Shown piece by piece: positions 26,593 through 40,017 of a DNA stretch of 64,000 nt (within the stretch, counting starts at the first letter, position 1; every line of letters starts with the position of its first letter). The notes below the pieces were generated by a model, which saw only the letters and a program-made list of their open reading frames with translations, ran no database searches and was not told where the DNA came from. The DNA lies in NCBI GenBank assembly GCA_023515725.1, contig JALDTO010000200.1, positions 669,123-733,122 on the forward strand, given 5' to 3'. This DNA is from Amoeboaphelidium protococcarum X5. Lineage: Eukaryota; Fungi; Aphelidiomycota. Position numbers and translations under genes: made by a program.

Positions 26593-26850
26593 TTATTATA
26601 ATGGCAATTTCACGATTGTTCTTAGTATCACGCGATATTAATTCTTTCGATTTCTGTCTTAGATCGACTTTCGAGTAAGGAATTTCAAGAAGTGAATAGT
26701 TGAAATGTCTGTCAGCTCATCTCAGATCGTTCTTCCGTTTCATCTAAAGGCATTTCGTTTTAGAGACTTTCTTCCCTCAGATGACTGTATCAAAATAGTT
26801 CAAGAATTCGGATAATTTTGAGACTACATATAGGGATCATTATCTGGAAT

Positions 26851-27717
26851 ATGGAGTAGTTTAACCAAGATATTCAACCTTTTGTGGAGTAAATGCTTGA
26901 CAATGTCACTAAACCTCTGTATGAATAAATAACTGATTTGGGTAAAGAGAATGATAATCTTCGATAGCAATTACGTGATCAGAGGGCAAAATATTTGGAA
27001 CTGGAATAGCAATTAGATTAAGAAAAATCTATGCGTTTAGTCAATAAAGCTACTCCTCCTAAAAGTATACTACTAACAACACCTAAATTGAAAAAGTCGC
27101 CTACTTTGCCATTTGTCTCGTCGTAGAATGGCTTGAAAATGAAGTCGAAATCTCACTGGAAGTAATCACCAAGTCATGAAGAAGCTGATGATACGAGATT
27201 AGTTGATAAAGAAAACATTCCTGTGAAATATGATCAATATCAAAGTGTATCTGTTAATATGAAGAGTAATTAAAAGAGACGCCACAGCAGTCCATCTCAT
27301 TAAAAGCTACGCGTTCCACGTCTGTCTCTGCAACGAGATGAATCGGCTGATTGTGAAACACGTCACGAGAAAGATTCTTATCGTCAACCAGTGCCGAACA
27401 TTCTCTCTAAAGACGCGCCCATCTCTCCTGTGAAGCTACGCGACCATGAAAATACAAGACAAGCTCACGTGAGAAAGAGAATGCATGCTGTGGATTGTGA
27501 GTGTTGCCGTGAATATTTCAAGGCAGGCTTGCCAAAGTATGACATTGTTAAGGCGCTTGAAGGTCGGCACTCTCATGGAGGTGGTGGTGGTGCGGGAGTA
27601 GGCGACTATCAAGATCGACTTCAGAGATCATCGAGACATCGCACTCTCATGCCACGATCTAAGACCCCAGATGGTTTCTGGTCTCTTGACATGGATTTCA
27701 ATCGCCAGCTACCATGA
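26851..27717 (+). CDS. CtIP/Ctp1/Sae2 DNA end-resection factor, 288 aa
   Basis: N-terminal coiled coil; C-terminal VRKRMHAVDCECCREYF (CxxC), SRHR and TPDGFW motifs of the Sae2/CtIP domain. Confidence 0.85.
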
Positions 27718-27904
27718 CTGAGTTGTTATTAATGAACATTTATATTTTCACTAGTTTACCATCTGTGGTTGTTTTCAGGTATCTCACGTCAGAAACCGTT
27801 TCAAGATCCGTTAGCATAAATTCCTTCTTATTGCATTACAAGTTCTCTTTTCCACTACTATTTATATTCGTATTCATCTTAACTTCCACCAGTATAGAAT
27901 AAAA

Positions 27905-28214
27905 ATGAACGTATCTGAAGAAGTTCACCAGTTATAGAAGGAAATTATTAGGCTGGGCAAGAAAAACGCTGACGGCAAATATTCGGTACCTTATGGAGTA
28001 TTATTCAAGGATGATGTTGTCGCCAACACTTGTAAGTCTAATAGTGAACTCAAAGTAATAATTTACCTTAGTAATGTATTATCGATTTGTAGTTGAGGCC
28101 CTATTGGGAACATTGAAGGCTGCCAAGAAAAAGAAGATCATTGCATATGAAGGTGAACTCTTACTTCAAGGTGTCCATGACAAGGTTGAAGTCATACTGC
28201 TGGTGGAGCCTTGA
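27905..28214 (+). CDS. ABRACL: Costars-family protein (ABRACL ortholog); intron 28032-28092
   Basis: MNVSEEVHQLQKEIIRLGKKNADGKYSVPYGVLFKDDVVANTFEALLGTLKAAKKKKIIAYEGELLLQGVHDKVEVILL, very close to the family consensus. Confidence 0.92.
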
Positions 28215-28479
28215 GTAAGAAAGTTGTGGTCATTAATTTAAGTGATGGCACTATTATCTCTGCAGAATTGAACATGTATTGTAAAGTCTTTTACTCTATG
28301 ATACATCCTTTGAATTGTTTCGCGCGTTGTTTCAACTTTCTTTTCAGGCGACGCGGTAAACGTTTTCCATTTTCCTTCTCCATCCCTTTCTGGTGCTCTA
28401 ATTGCATAGTAACTAACATCTTTGCCTTTAAAAACTCTGCCTTGTCTATACTGTGCCTGCTTCTTTGATTTTAATTTGA

Positions 28480-30124
28480 ATGGTTGTTGCCGATACTCCA
28501 CTGACTCCGAAAAGGAGAAAGCCTGTAGATGCACCGAATCATCTGTCCAGTAATGATGAGCTAAGTGGTTCCATGGAGTTGCTCAGTGATGATAGGAATG
28601 CCTTTGAGCCGAGAACATTCTTATGGAATTACATCAAGTATGTGTACAGTAACTTGGTAGTGACAGTGTTTGCATTAACTTGGAACTTTTGGTAGCTCTT
28701 GCTGACTCCATCCGCCGTCATTGCTCTGGTGTTGATGTGGGTCACCGCTGCGTCTCTTCTCATTATCGATTCTGCTCTGTAGATCCTCAGCCACTTGGGA
28801 CTGCGTCGTGCCATTAATCGCATATCATCACAGTATGGTAACAATCTATCACCGGTAAACTGGCTGTGGCCGTCTATATTTACGGAGAATATTGAGGAAA
28901 TGACTGCTGGCTTTTTAAAGTTGGGTCGGCCATCGGAGGCTCTGCCCTGGTTAGATGATAGCATCAACTTGCGTCGAAAGTGGGGATTTGATAAATTTGA
29001 CGGAGATATTGCCCAGACACTGCTGCTCCTATCTACTATCATGTACGAGAGTGAGGATCAAGTCTATACTCTGCTTTAGCAACATCCTCAAGTATCATAA
29101 ACATCCGTATTCTTTGACACTCACTGCAAGATGGCATCCTTTGTAAGAATATTCTACTCGAAAGAGCTCAACTTTATTGTGGTTGCTTTCAAAGGAACTA
29201 CACCTTTGGATATGAGTGAATGGTTATTAGATGTTACGGTAGAGAAGAAGGATGCTCGTGAATTCCTGTTTGGTGGTGTACATCGAGGCTTTTACGATCG
29301 AATGTTCCACGCCAATATTGGGTAAATGCGAGCTCATACAGCTATATGTAATAGGATATCTGAATTGGTGAATGACAATTAATTCAGTCCAGATGTCTCT
29401 CTTTGGCTGACTGGTCACTCTGCTGGATCTGGACTGGCTACTCTATTTTATACTCGACTATTAAGAGCTCCTTTTGACATTTCATGTGATTACCATCTTC
29501 GCGGCGCGTAAGTATATCTTATATCAATCTGGAATCTTATGATAACACGTTAATCGATAAATTTGTAATATATGTAGTATTGTGTTTGGAAGTCCAAGAG
29601 TCGGTGATTATGATTTTAGTCAAGAGTTTGCAAATTTGATTAGAGGAAATGAAGATTATAGGTATAAGCCGTTGTGGAGAGTGTAGAATGGATCTGATAT
29701 ATTTTGTCATTTGCCATTTGGATATGATGGACAGAACTTTGGTCAATTGTTCAAGCAATCCTCCTCAGTGCCTCAACTATACGATTTTCATCATGTGGGC
29801 AAGAATATCCATGTTCACTCTAATGGTCGTCACACTGTTGGTCCATAGCCGTCTCTGATATCTCTTGTGAGCATGTCATCGTCTCTCTAAAGTCTCAAGT
29901 ATTTACTCGCTGGATATATTAAATCGAATTTTGTCTATCCCATTAGTGATTTTGTGCATATTCAATCCAATTTACTTCAAGATATGAACAATACGTGGCA
30001 AGACCGCAACGGCTTTAATTGGCTTGTAATGACTTAGAATCTGCTCCTACCATGGGTATTTTAAGATCACTATCCTGCAAACTACCTGCTAAATTTGAAA
30101 AAGTGCCTCAAAGAACTTCACTGA
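28480..30124 (+). CDS. Class 3 lipase with N-terminal TM segments; intron 29508-29577
   Basis: IVVAFKGTTP, VHRGF, LWLTGHSAGSGLA (nucleophile elbow), FGSPRVGD, WRVQNGSDIF, DHYP; TGA 30122-30124. Confidence 0.85.
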
Positions 30125-30231
30125 AAAGACGTGTAGTTAAACTGTGCATCCTGTCCATTACACTGTGTAAATCTAAAAGGGGAAAATCTGATAACACGGT
30201 GTGATAAGTATGAAATTTTAATAATATTATA

Positions 30232-31407
30232 TCACTTCAACTTCTTCTACTTTAGTATAATCGTCTCGTCATTAATGAAGATACCTTTACCTTTGTATGG
30301 CTCTGGTTTACGCCAATTACGCATCTATAGAGCAAATTCAAACAGCTACCTGCCGTGAATACCGCTCAACACAACATCAGTCGGAGTGGTGCACGTAATA
30401 TTGACGGTTGGCGGAATGACCATCTCCACCGGGTGACTGTATCCAAGACGCATAATCAACTTTTAAGGCCGAGGAAGATCAGATAACTGATAACGATTCA
30501 AAAAGGACTTATCCACCTCTCTCCAGTATAAGTTCACGTCATGATTCAAGAAGCGGCGCATTGATAAAGTCTTGGCCTCTTTCGATAAGGGAAATATCGC
30601 TGCAATATACGCCCTCAGAGGATCAGACTAGATCAAATGAGACTATCTTCTAATCCAACTCTCAAATAGTCTGATATCAGCCAGACGATTTGAAGAAGAA
30701 GAATATTTTGCCTCAGTTCCCTTGACATTTAATAATATTGGCTCAACGGCAGCTCTATAACCAACACCAACTAGGCGTATCTTGACCTGCAATGGCTCTG
30801 CAATATTCCTGATAAATTATGCCATTTTGGTACGCGCAAAAGCACCTAGTCTGGCTTATTAGCGGTGCGCTGGATCCACACAAGTTAATATCAGCGAACG
30901 ATTGCTTCCATCTATATGCGATTGATCTTTCACTTTACTAGCATCACTTGATGTGCTTTATCCATGCCAGATATCAAGAATATTGTTTTATGACTAATCG
31001 CTATTACTACCAGGACTCTATGACACGTGTAGATCCATCCACTCTTGAACGGGCACGTAGCCAGCCTGATTTCCATCCGCGGACTTGATCTCAACAATTG
31101 CCGTTGGTTGAGCCAGCTGACGATAATATGGACTACTTTCCCGTATAGTTTTCAGACTAGGCATCTTACCGCGGATGATATCATAGTCGAATTTACCATA
31201 ATGGCACAGCTGCGGGAGAACACCATCAGGAATAGGATGCACATTGACTTCAACTCCCTAAGGCAGCGGTAGAGGCTACAGTTTCTGAATAGGATCAAGC
31301 GCTACTTACGCAGTGGCAGGCAATCTAGGATGCTTAACCGCAAAGAATTAGGCGTTTATACACGCAGTTTAAGTAATTTGACGCGTCTATTATAAAGTTT
31401 TAATCAT
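30232..31407 (-). CDS. MRPL6: Mitochondrial ribosomal protein uL6m (MrpL6) with large insertions, 391 aa
   Basis: IRLVGVGYRA, MRLGYSHPV, and WRKPEPYKGKGIF (L6 signature). Confidence 0.88.
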
Positions 31408-31654
31408 TTCTAGTACGATTTAATAAAGATAGGCAATGATGGAACTTTTTTTGTGATCTCGATCTCGAGAGTAAAAAGGTGAAAGCTTTAACAAATGATG
31501 AAATTGGATCAACTATCAACATCCTTCTACTGCTGAGATATACAGTAGAAGAAATTAAAGTAGACACAACTTAATACGAAAATAATTGTAAAGTATATTT
31601 TATATCACTGATACTCAAACTAGTGTATAATCATTCATACAATCAATCATGCTT

Positions 31655-33541
31655 TCATCCACCGTACAGACTGAAGAAATCAAAGAGGATGGTAATGATA
31701 CCAATTAGAATCTCAATCGCAATGAGCCAGATAATAATCCATTCCAAGTATTCACCATGCATAGAATTCAAATGATCTTTCAACATCTCCAGCAAATCAG
31801 ACAGAACTCCTACTCTCTGATTAAGTAGATCAACACGCTAAGATATCTCCAAGTACGTTCTGGCGGCAGCGTACAAAGGCTCGAGATTAGGTAAGGACCA
31901 GAAGAGCTCTGGCGTATCCAAGATGGGACTCACCAGATTGACATTAATGCGCATCACAAACAAGTGTCCAATCTTTTTGGTGATATTACTCCTGGACATT
32001 GGCACTCTTCCAGTCACACTCATGATGGCCGGAATATCTTTGGTACTCTCAATCGTATCTTCAATCCTGCCTTCATACAGAGTCAACTTCACACTCTGCG
32101 CTATGGCATGGCTCAGTGTCAGCTTCATCAAAGAGTCCTGCGATTGATGGTTGTATTTGGCCACAGATGGTAGACTATTGCCACTACTCAATGCCACTCC
32201 TTCTTCATCAATAGTTTCCAGATTAACATCTTGGGGAGTTCTCAATGTAATCACATCATTATAAATCTTTGCTGTACCAACATCTCTGTACACAAAGCGG
32301 AACTCTTCCACCTCTACATCTTCAGGTCTCAGCTTCTCTTCTTCAAATGGATGTAAAAGAGAAAGAAAGTGCTGCTCTTGAGGAAGAGTCAGATTCCACA
32401 ATACTACAACACCATACTCGAAAATGAACACTTCAGCCTGTCCAGACCGTCCATTTTATTCTTGCTGCTATTGCTATTATTACTGCTATGATGAATAAGA
32501 ATGATTTTGCTACTACTACTGCTGGTAGTAATCTCCATAACCTTATGACCTTGAATCAGCGGATTCATACTGATTACCAAAAGTCAAATTGTTAATCTTA
32601 TCACGCTACCTCACCCTCTTCTACTATTGATGTTGATAGCTCTAAGCAGATTATCCTTGACGAAATCTTCTGCTCACACCGCCGCCACTTCCATTAATAC
32701 CACTGCCGCCACCACCGCCACCACTCAAAGTCTCAAAAATAGACACTGGAGGAGTATAAGGTAGCCAGATACATTCATCAACTCTGCGCACACTCTCAAC
32801 GCCACAGCCATCACGCATCTCGGAACTTCTCAACCACATCAGAATCTTATCCATCTTGTATGAGCTACTGGTGCAGTATGCAGTGACTCGAGGTAGAGTA
32901 GACTTTGGCTTTATGGCAGAGTGGCCACTCATGTTCATTCTGGTATTGTATGCAGTGTAAGAAGAGGCACCTGGATCCAGACGGTGCAAGTCCAGAGCCA
33001 CCGTACTACTAGAGAACAAGTCATCATCTGCATACTCGGAGGCATATTCACTCAACGCATCATCGTCTTCTGCAGTGACACCACAACGAGGCTGTCCCAG
33101 GAGGGGACCATCCAGGCTATCCTTACTCTGGCGCACCTCCTCCTCAAGAGCCTACTCAATCTGAGCCTAATTCAAAGAACCTTGTGAAGTTTAAACAGCA
33201 GTATTAGCTGACGGAAAGAGCACCAGCTTCTTATTAGTCTTTGTCGTCCTGTTGGGCATCTTTTTACCAGGTGGCTTCACAGACGGAATAGTAACGGGAG
33301 CCTTCTTCAAAATTGACTGAATTGGCCTAGTAGTCTATAAAGGAATGGCACCAGGAATAGGACTTGGATTATTTGAAGATCTACCACCATCACTAGATGA
33401 TCCATTATTATTATCCTGCTATTGTGGACCAAGTTAAGTATTGGACGCTCTCACCGTACTCTGACCACTGCTCATGGTAGAGGTTGGCAGCAGAGGCCTG
33501 GACTCATCATCTCGTCTCTAACCACCATTACTTCCAGACAT
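31655..33541 (-). CDS. RMD1: Rmd1/Sif2-family DUF155 protein, 628 aa
   Basis: RTTKTNKKLVLFP, RVTAYCTSSSY, VFIFEYGVVVLWNL, LSHAIAQSVKL, ILDTPELFW, YLEISVLIYL-type region read with TAR=Gln as YLEIQRVDLLNQR, and C-terminal TM EYLEWIIIWLIAIEI. Confidence 0.88.
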
Positions 33542-33753
33542 TGTTTTTGGTTCACTTTACACCTATCGATGGATAGAAAGAAGTATAATAAAAAAGTCAA
33601 TGTAAATAATAAAACTTTTGAGATTGAACCAATACACTAGTTTAGTAGCTGTAGTCCAAAGCACCAGTTTAAATGGAACGGAAAGAGGAAAGGAACGAGA
33701 GAACTTTTAGCAAAGCGAAAGCATCAAAGAATAGATTGAACGCCGACAACAAG

Positions 33754-33758
<5 letters not shown>

Positions 33759-33787
<29 letters not shown>
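33759..33787. repeat. (GA)n microsatellite, about 14 units, in the divergent promoter between RMD1 and the ACTMAP-like gene
   Basis: Perfect GA run seen directly. Confidence 0.95.
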
Positions 33788-33889
33788 GCAAGAAAGGAGA
33801 GAACAACGGGTAGATCAAACTTGGCTCAAACAAGAACATAACTTCCTACCGAATAATCTGCACATACAATAGGAGACGAAACTCCAGTT

Positions 33890-34738
33890 ATGCCAGTAAA
33901 TTCAAACAATCTGGATCATGACGCGCTGAGAAGGGAAAAGTTTCAAGAGACGATTCAATAAAAGTTGAATGTTCTATGGATAGACACTGATCGGCAGTGG
34001 ACTCAGTGTCGCGTACGTACATTCACACCCTAATTTGTAGTGCCTCTGTTGTAACACAATGAGCCAAAGTGTGGTATTATGGCTCTATGTATGGTACTTT
34101 AATCATGTTATAATGTTGAGGTTAGTTCTGATGATGTACTCCAATATGCTATGGAAGCAGGTTATACGAGGCGTGGTGAATTATTTAGTAGCACGACAAT
34201 GCTTCAAATTGCGTAACATTTCATCTCTAGTAGTTTTCAACAAAATCATCAAGTGAATGAACATGTTCAACTGTGTAAATGGTCTAGTGCAAACGATATT
34301 GTAAGATGGTTTATGGATGACACAATGGCAATCCTGGTTCCATACGATAAAGATCGAAACCATGAGCCATCCATCAGTCTAGGTGGTCATCAAGCTCACT
34401 GGGCACTCGTCGTTGGTCTCGTTTCAACTTCGGTCGGGATTGATCTCGTTGACAATGGTGACGACGCGTCTGATTAACAAGTTTCAATCGCGTTTTAGTA
34501 CGCTGATGATGGAAATGATTTAGTTATGCTGGGTAATGCTACTGTTCGGTATGTAGTTGCATATCAATCATAGTCACTTCATCCCTAGGTATGGTCAATT
34601 GCTGATTTGTTCTCATCATGCCAGCAATTGAGATGTGTATCTCCCAAAGTCTTATCACGGAAAGATTCTTACATCATTCCGCATGAGAGTGGAAATCTTG
34701 CAGATTACCTGGCTTCAACTGTTATTAAGTTTCGGTGA
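33890..34738 (+). CDS. ACTMAP: Actin maturation protease (ACTMAP/C19orf54, UPF0692) ortholog, 282 aa
   Basis: PLLQHNEPKCGIMAL (catalytic Cys), AMEAGYTRRGELFS, ILVPYDKDRNHEP, GGHQAHWALVVG and QVWSIADLFSSCQQL match human IQEGPQCGLVAL, GYTAQGEMFS, LLIPYDEDFNHEP and GHKAHWAV. Confidence 0.85.
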
Positions 34739-34933
34739 TGATTTTAGGCTTCTAAAAGATGTCGTTGTTGGTACGTGTTCCTCACTAATACTATAATCAT
34801 AATAGATTTGTACTTAGAAAATGACATAGCATGTAAATAAGATAATCATTCTGATATTTTCTTGCGCTAATATTTATTCAATCTTTCTATCAGTTTTTAA
34901 GACTGAGTGAGATTTGCGAGAGTGAAGAACAGG

Positions 34934-36574
34934 ATGACGACAAACATGTTGAAGAGATCATTGTACCGCGTTACAACGCCAATATTTTACGTGAATTCAA
35001 AGCCTCATGTTGGTCATTTGTATTCTGCACTACTTGCAGATGTGGATTGCAGGTGGAAGCGATTCAATGGTTGTGATAGCTGGCTCTCTACTGGAACGGA
35101 TGAACATGGGTAAAAGATTTAAAAGTCTGCGCAGTTGAAGAACATATCTCCTCAACATTTATGCGACATGATGTCTGCAGAGTACCGTTCGCTATTCGAT
35201 ATCGCTGGCGTAAAGTATGACGAATACGTTAGAACTACTTAGAGGAGACATTAGAGTGCTGTGTAGAGCATTTGGACGCGCCTGAGTGATCTTGATCTCA
35301 TTTACTAAGGGAGTCATAGCGGCTGGTACTGCATCGCCGATGAGACCTTCTACACTGATTAGTAGATTATGGACACTGTCGATGATGATGGTAATAAGAT
35401 CAAAGTATCTGTTGAGTCTGGTCGTCAAGTTGAATGGATTCAGGAAGATAACTATATGTTTAAGTTGTCAGAATTTAAAGATCGGTTGATCAAGTGGATA
35501 TCCGATGGTGATAATGAACGATCTGTAATCTATCCTCAGAGTTAACGGAACCTTATTCTATCTCTGCTTTAATCCGATGATGATTTAAAAGATTTATCAG
35601 TTTCCAGACCTTCACAGCGAGCTGGGTGGGGAATTCAAGTGCCTGATGATCCAACATAGACTGTTTACGTATGGTTTGACGCGCTCATAAACTATCTTAC
35701 CGCCGCTGGATTCCCATCTCCGGTTTGGAATTTGTAATCTTCTAAATCAACCATTGAGTATAATGCCACAATCGATAATCAAATAGTGGGTAAAGACATT
35801 CTGAAATTTCACGCTATTATATATCCAGCCATGTTGATGGCATTAAATTTGCCTTTACCGCGGCGGATTACCAGTCATTCTCATATCACAGTCAATGGTT
35901 AGAAGATCTCCAAGTCTAGCGGTAATGCACCGGTGGAGATTGATTAGCTGATTAACACATACGGCGTTGATGCTGTGCGGTATCATCTTATACGGGAGAC
36001 GGAAGGTGGTATACAGAACGATTTTGACTATTCCGAGAGTATGTTGCGGATCCGGTACTAGATAGAGTTGGCTGATCAGTTAGGCAACCTTCTCAGTAGA
36101 TGTATAAGCAAATCTATGAATAGTAAGTTGGAAGTTCCTGAATTGCACTAGTCGGTATTAGACTCGACTGAGCAGAAATTGATTGATGAAGTGAATCGAC
36201 TGCCTGAATTAGTATCAAGTCATGCAGAGGATTGCGAGTACGGACGGTATTTGTAGGTGGTTATGAACAATCTCCGGATGGTTAATCAGTATGTCGGTCT
36301 TAAGGAGCCTTGGAAATTGTTCAAGTAGACTGGAGATTCCTTGAGTTTGATGAACGCGTAAAACTGTCTCTACATTGCATTGGAGTCGCTTAGAATATCT
36401 AGTTTGATGCTTCAGCCTGTGATGCCTTAGAAAACCACTGAGCTTTTGGATAAATTATCTGTGCCTCCAGGCTGTCGTAATATTAACCAGAGTCAGTTCT
36501 AATCAACGCTGACAGGCAGAAAGTTAGCACCTGGCCACAAGATTCACCTATTTCCTCGACTACCTATCAATTGA
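34934..36574 (+). CDS. MSM1: Mitochondrial methionyl-tRNA synthetase
   Basis: [67 protein letters not shown]; TGA 36572-36574. Confidence 0.95.
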
Positions 36575-36672
36575 ATGTGTCCGGTGTTGCACTATAGAAA
36601 TAGGATTATATAATTCCAAATAAATTCTTTCTAAAATAACTTAATTCTACTTGATGCAATAAAATAATATTT

Positions 36673-38439
36673 TCATTTAGTCATGTAGTTTAAAAGATGC
36701 ATATTCAATCTCTGCCTTCTCTTCTGTCTCTTGTATAATAGTCCAATGACATCTTTGACTAACGTGAATGCACATCCACCAATAATGCTCCATACAAAGG
36801 TATCAGCCTTATCTAGACGTTACTCAAAGTTACTAATTTAAGAGTTATTAATGTCTTTCCCCGTGAATATCTTGGCCTTTTGAGTAAGTTTGAATACACC
36901 TCGAACAAGCAATTTGACAATAACGCCGCAAGAGGAAGCGATGAAGGGAAGTGACCATGATTAGGCAACATACTTCACCAGTGAGAACAGAGTAAAGCTT
37001 CTCACAATACTAGTGCCCCTCCGTACATCACCATTCAAATCATCACCGCCATCTCCAGTATGAAGATTTATAGTGGCTGTAAAATCCGCATCACCATCGT
37101 ACTCTCCGGCATCTTCAAAGTCACCACCACCACCTCCTCCGCTCAACTCATTAACCAATTCATAATCTTCATGATGAGAATCAAAAATAGGAACTTCTTC
37201 ACCTCTGCTCCTTCTACTTCTATCACCCTATTCATCGTTACTATTACTATTAATGTTCTTACGCAATGGAATACCAAGAATCAAAGGAACCATGTACTTT
37301 TTGTACACTAACGAATAGACTCTTTTCAGGCTCAATAAACTCAAAAGTAATGCACCACGCCATCTAATAGCAGAAGTTACCAAAGGAGTTTCAGCAGTAC
37401 CTGAGGGAAGTACCAAATTATCCCGACCCTTCATGATGGTAAGAGTAGTGGACAAAGGCCATAAAAGATTATAATTCGAAGTCTCTTGCACAGTATAGCC
37501 AGCATTTTGAAAAGTCATAATCACATAATCTTTGAGCCTTAGTGAAAGAAAGCCGTAAGTAAGTGTAGCAAGACCCAGGTTAGACATGGACCGCTCCAAC
37601 CTTTCACTCTTTAACATGAGCAACAGAGTTGGAATAGAGGATAGAGAGACCCATAATCGCCATGGCCATGAAGACTTTTGGTGTATCGCCTTGGAGAGAA
37701 TATCTTCGCGTCCACACAGACTTGTGACCACATGCGATCCATACTGTGCACTGGCCAGCAAGATGACATAGAATCCACATCCTACAGCCAAATATGGCAC
37801 ACACCAGTCCACAGTCTATTGAGTGGATAGATAACAGCGCATCATTAACTCCGACGCAGCATTCTACCTCTGTAGAACTACAACATACGGTGTATGACAT
37901 TGTGGACACTTGATGATATTTTTATTCTACTGCTGACGAGATTGCGCATTATTATTGTAATTATTATTATTATCATTATTATTGTCAAAATCGTTCAAAG
38001 GCACGCCGTTCTCATCAACAGCAATATCATCATCAAATCCTTCAACTTCCACTTCGAGTATGAACGACGTCACTCTTTCGATTAAAGATTATCTGCGCTA
38101 TTACATTGCTACCTAGCCATCCTGTGCAGTCTAATTGCCTTGTTATTAATTCTACTCTTACCATATGGATGGAACGTCGCGTATATCACCTTGAATAGGA
38201 TAACTCACACTTTCACCTTCTGTACCATCTGACGAAAGAGATGTTCTATTCTAGTGAACAATCAACGTGGGCACTTCCTCGCCTTCATCTTATTTCTACA
38301 CTTGCAGACGTGTGATCCACATCAACAGACACCTTTCATGAGCCCACTAGGTGTCTCCTTTACACTTACACGGACTGACCCATCTCACTGTAGCAGGAGT
38401 CTCTTCTTCAGTCACAAAACAAATCCAACAAGTCTTCAT
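36673..38439 (-). CDS. MARCH5/MITOL-like RING-CH membrane E3 ubiquitin ligase, 588 aa, with a long insertion inside the RING
   Basis: MKTCWICFVTEEE...WVSPCKCKGDTQWAHERCLLMW ...136 aa... CPQCHTPY; TM segments; C-terminus IGGCAFTLVKDVIGLLYKRQKRRQRLNMHLLNY resembles MARCH5. Confidence 0.8.
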
Positions 38440-38925
38440 TATTATTCTACTAGAATAAACTAAATTACTTTCAAATTAATCACTGATGATTATTACGAGG
38501 AATGGAAGATATCAAATGAATTGCTGTTGACTATTGATATTCCAGTACAGTTTTACACGAGGAAAGAAGAATGAAAGACGAATGAAAGAAGAAGAGAGAA
38601 GAAAAGCAACTCAATTCGCGTCGCTTTCGTTGTCAGCTGATGTCGCGCACTCTTCACCGTGTCAGACACGTCAGAAGTCTTGATTGGCATGTGCTCTTAT
38701 GGCAGTTGTATCCTGCGATACTTTTCTCTACAAAGGCTGGTAGAGTATTATGCTCAGCTCTTTTGCGTTTTACATTGGGATGCTTGAATCCACGTGTTTC
38801 AATGCAAAGAGATACGTCAATGATAGAATGAACCTTCTTCGTAAAATCAAATTATATCAACTCTATATCATCATTATTATTAAATCTTCATTACTCATTC
38901 ACTCACAGAGACATCATGGTATTTC

Positions 38926-40017
38926 TCATTTCACTTCAGGTTCATCACGGATTTGGGAATCTCGTACAGAATTCTTCTACTACTACTCTTCAGATATGAT
39001 ATCCTCAGAATCCAGCACAGAGGACTTTTGATGCAGCAAATCAGCGCTTTTGTTGACGCCCTTGACATAGTCAGTCTTGAAAGACTTGACACCATTCTGT
39101 CCAATCTCATCACGAGATCCAATAACCTTCTTCTACAGAGACATTGTACTCTTGTTGGTCATCACACGGTTGTTCTCAGCGATTGCATTACCAATGTCTT
39201 CAAAAGTGTTAAAGTAGTAGAAGCAGGAAAATAAGACAAAGGACAACACCGTTCCATGGAAATAAGCTCTAGTCATAGGGATTGCACCAGAAAAGACGAC
39301 ACATGTAACAATGAACTGAATCACTAGATCCGTGACAACAATTACGCCCAACTTGGCCGATGGTGCCTTCTTCAGATAACTCCAGTATCCTTCACGTTCA
39401 ATCAGCTTGCGGCCAACATAGTACACAATGAACATACTGTTTGTGATTATGAAAGTTGAGTACAGGGCCAGTTGTGCTAGATTCAGGGATGCCACAATCT
39501 TACTTTTTGCCTACTTCTGAGGGACGGTTCTAACAGGGGCGAACTTCTGCATGTCCAAGTGCTCAATGATCAAGCCAACTAGGACACCAAACACAGCAAT
39601 AGACAGAGTTACATTGAAAGCGACCAGCATCATACGCGGCTTCTTATCCAGAACCAAAATGTACGATCTTACAGAGACAAGCACACATGCGATAGCCTTT
39701 GCTACAATGTGCAGGGACATGATGGTGTGCACAATTTCAATGCGAGCAGCATTGACAGCAGGATTAGAAGGCCGCTCATTGATTACAAGACCCAGGAATA
39801 TGATTATAGAGATGATCACCTCAAAGAACAGCCAGCCCGCAAACAATGGCTTCTTGATTCTGGTCAATAGATTGTTCCAACGTTTGGTATTGAAAAGCAA
39901 AATTCCCAAACAGAAGAGCTCAATTGCCAAACAGACACTATAATGTATGTCAACAACATATTGACCAGGCAGCAATTCTACACTAGAAGTTCCTGTAACG
40001 TTACTCGTAATAGCCAT
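38926..40017 (-). CDS. Orphan seven-transmembrane (GPCR-like) protein, 363 aa
   Basis: Track ORFs 39511-40017 and 39133-39495 join through TAG. Seven hydrophobic helices, N-terminal NVT sequon, VRSY at the end of TM3, hydrophilic C-tail; TGA 38926-38928. Confidence 0.65.
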
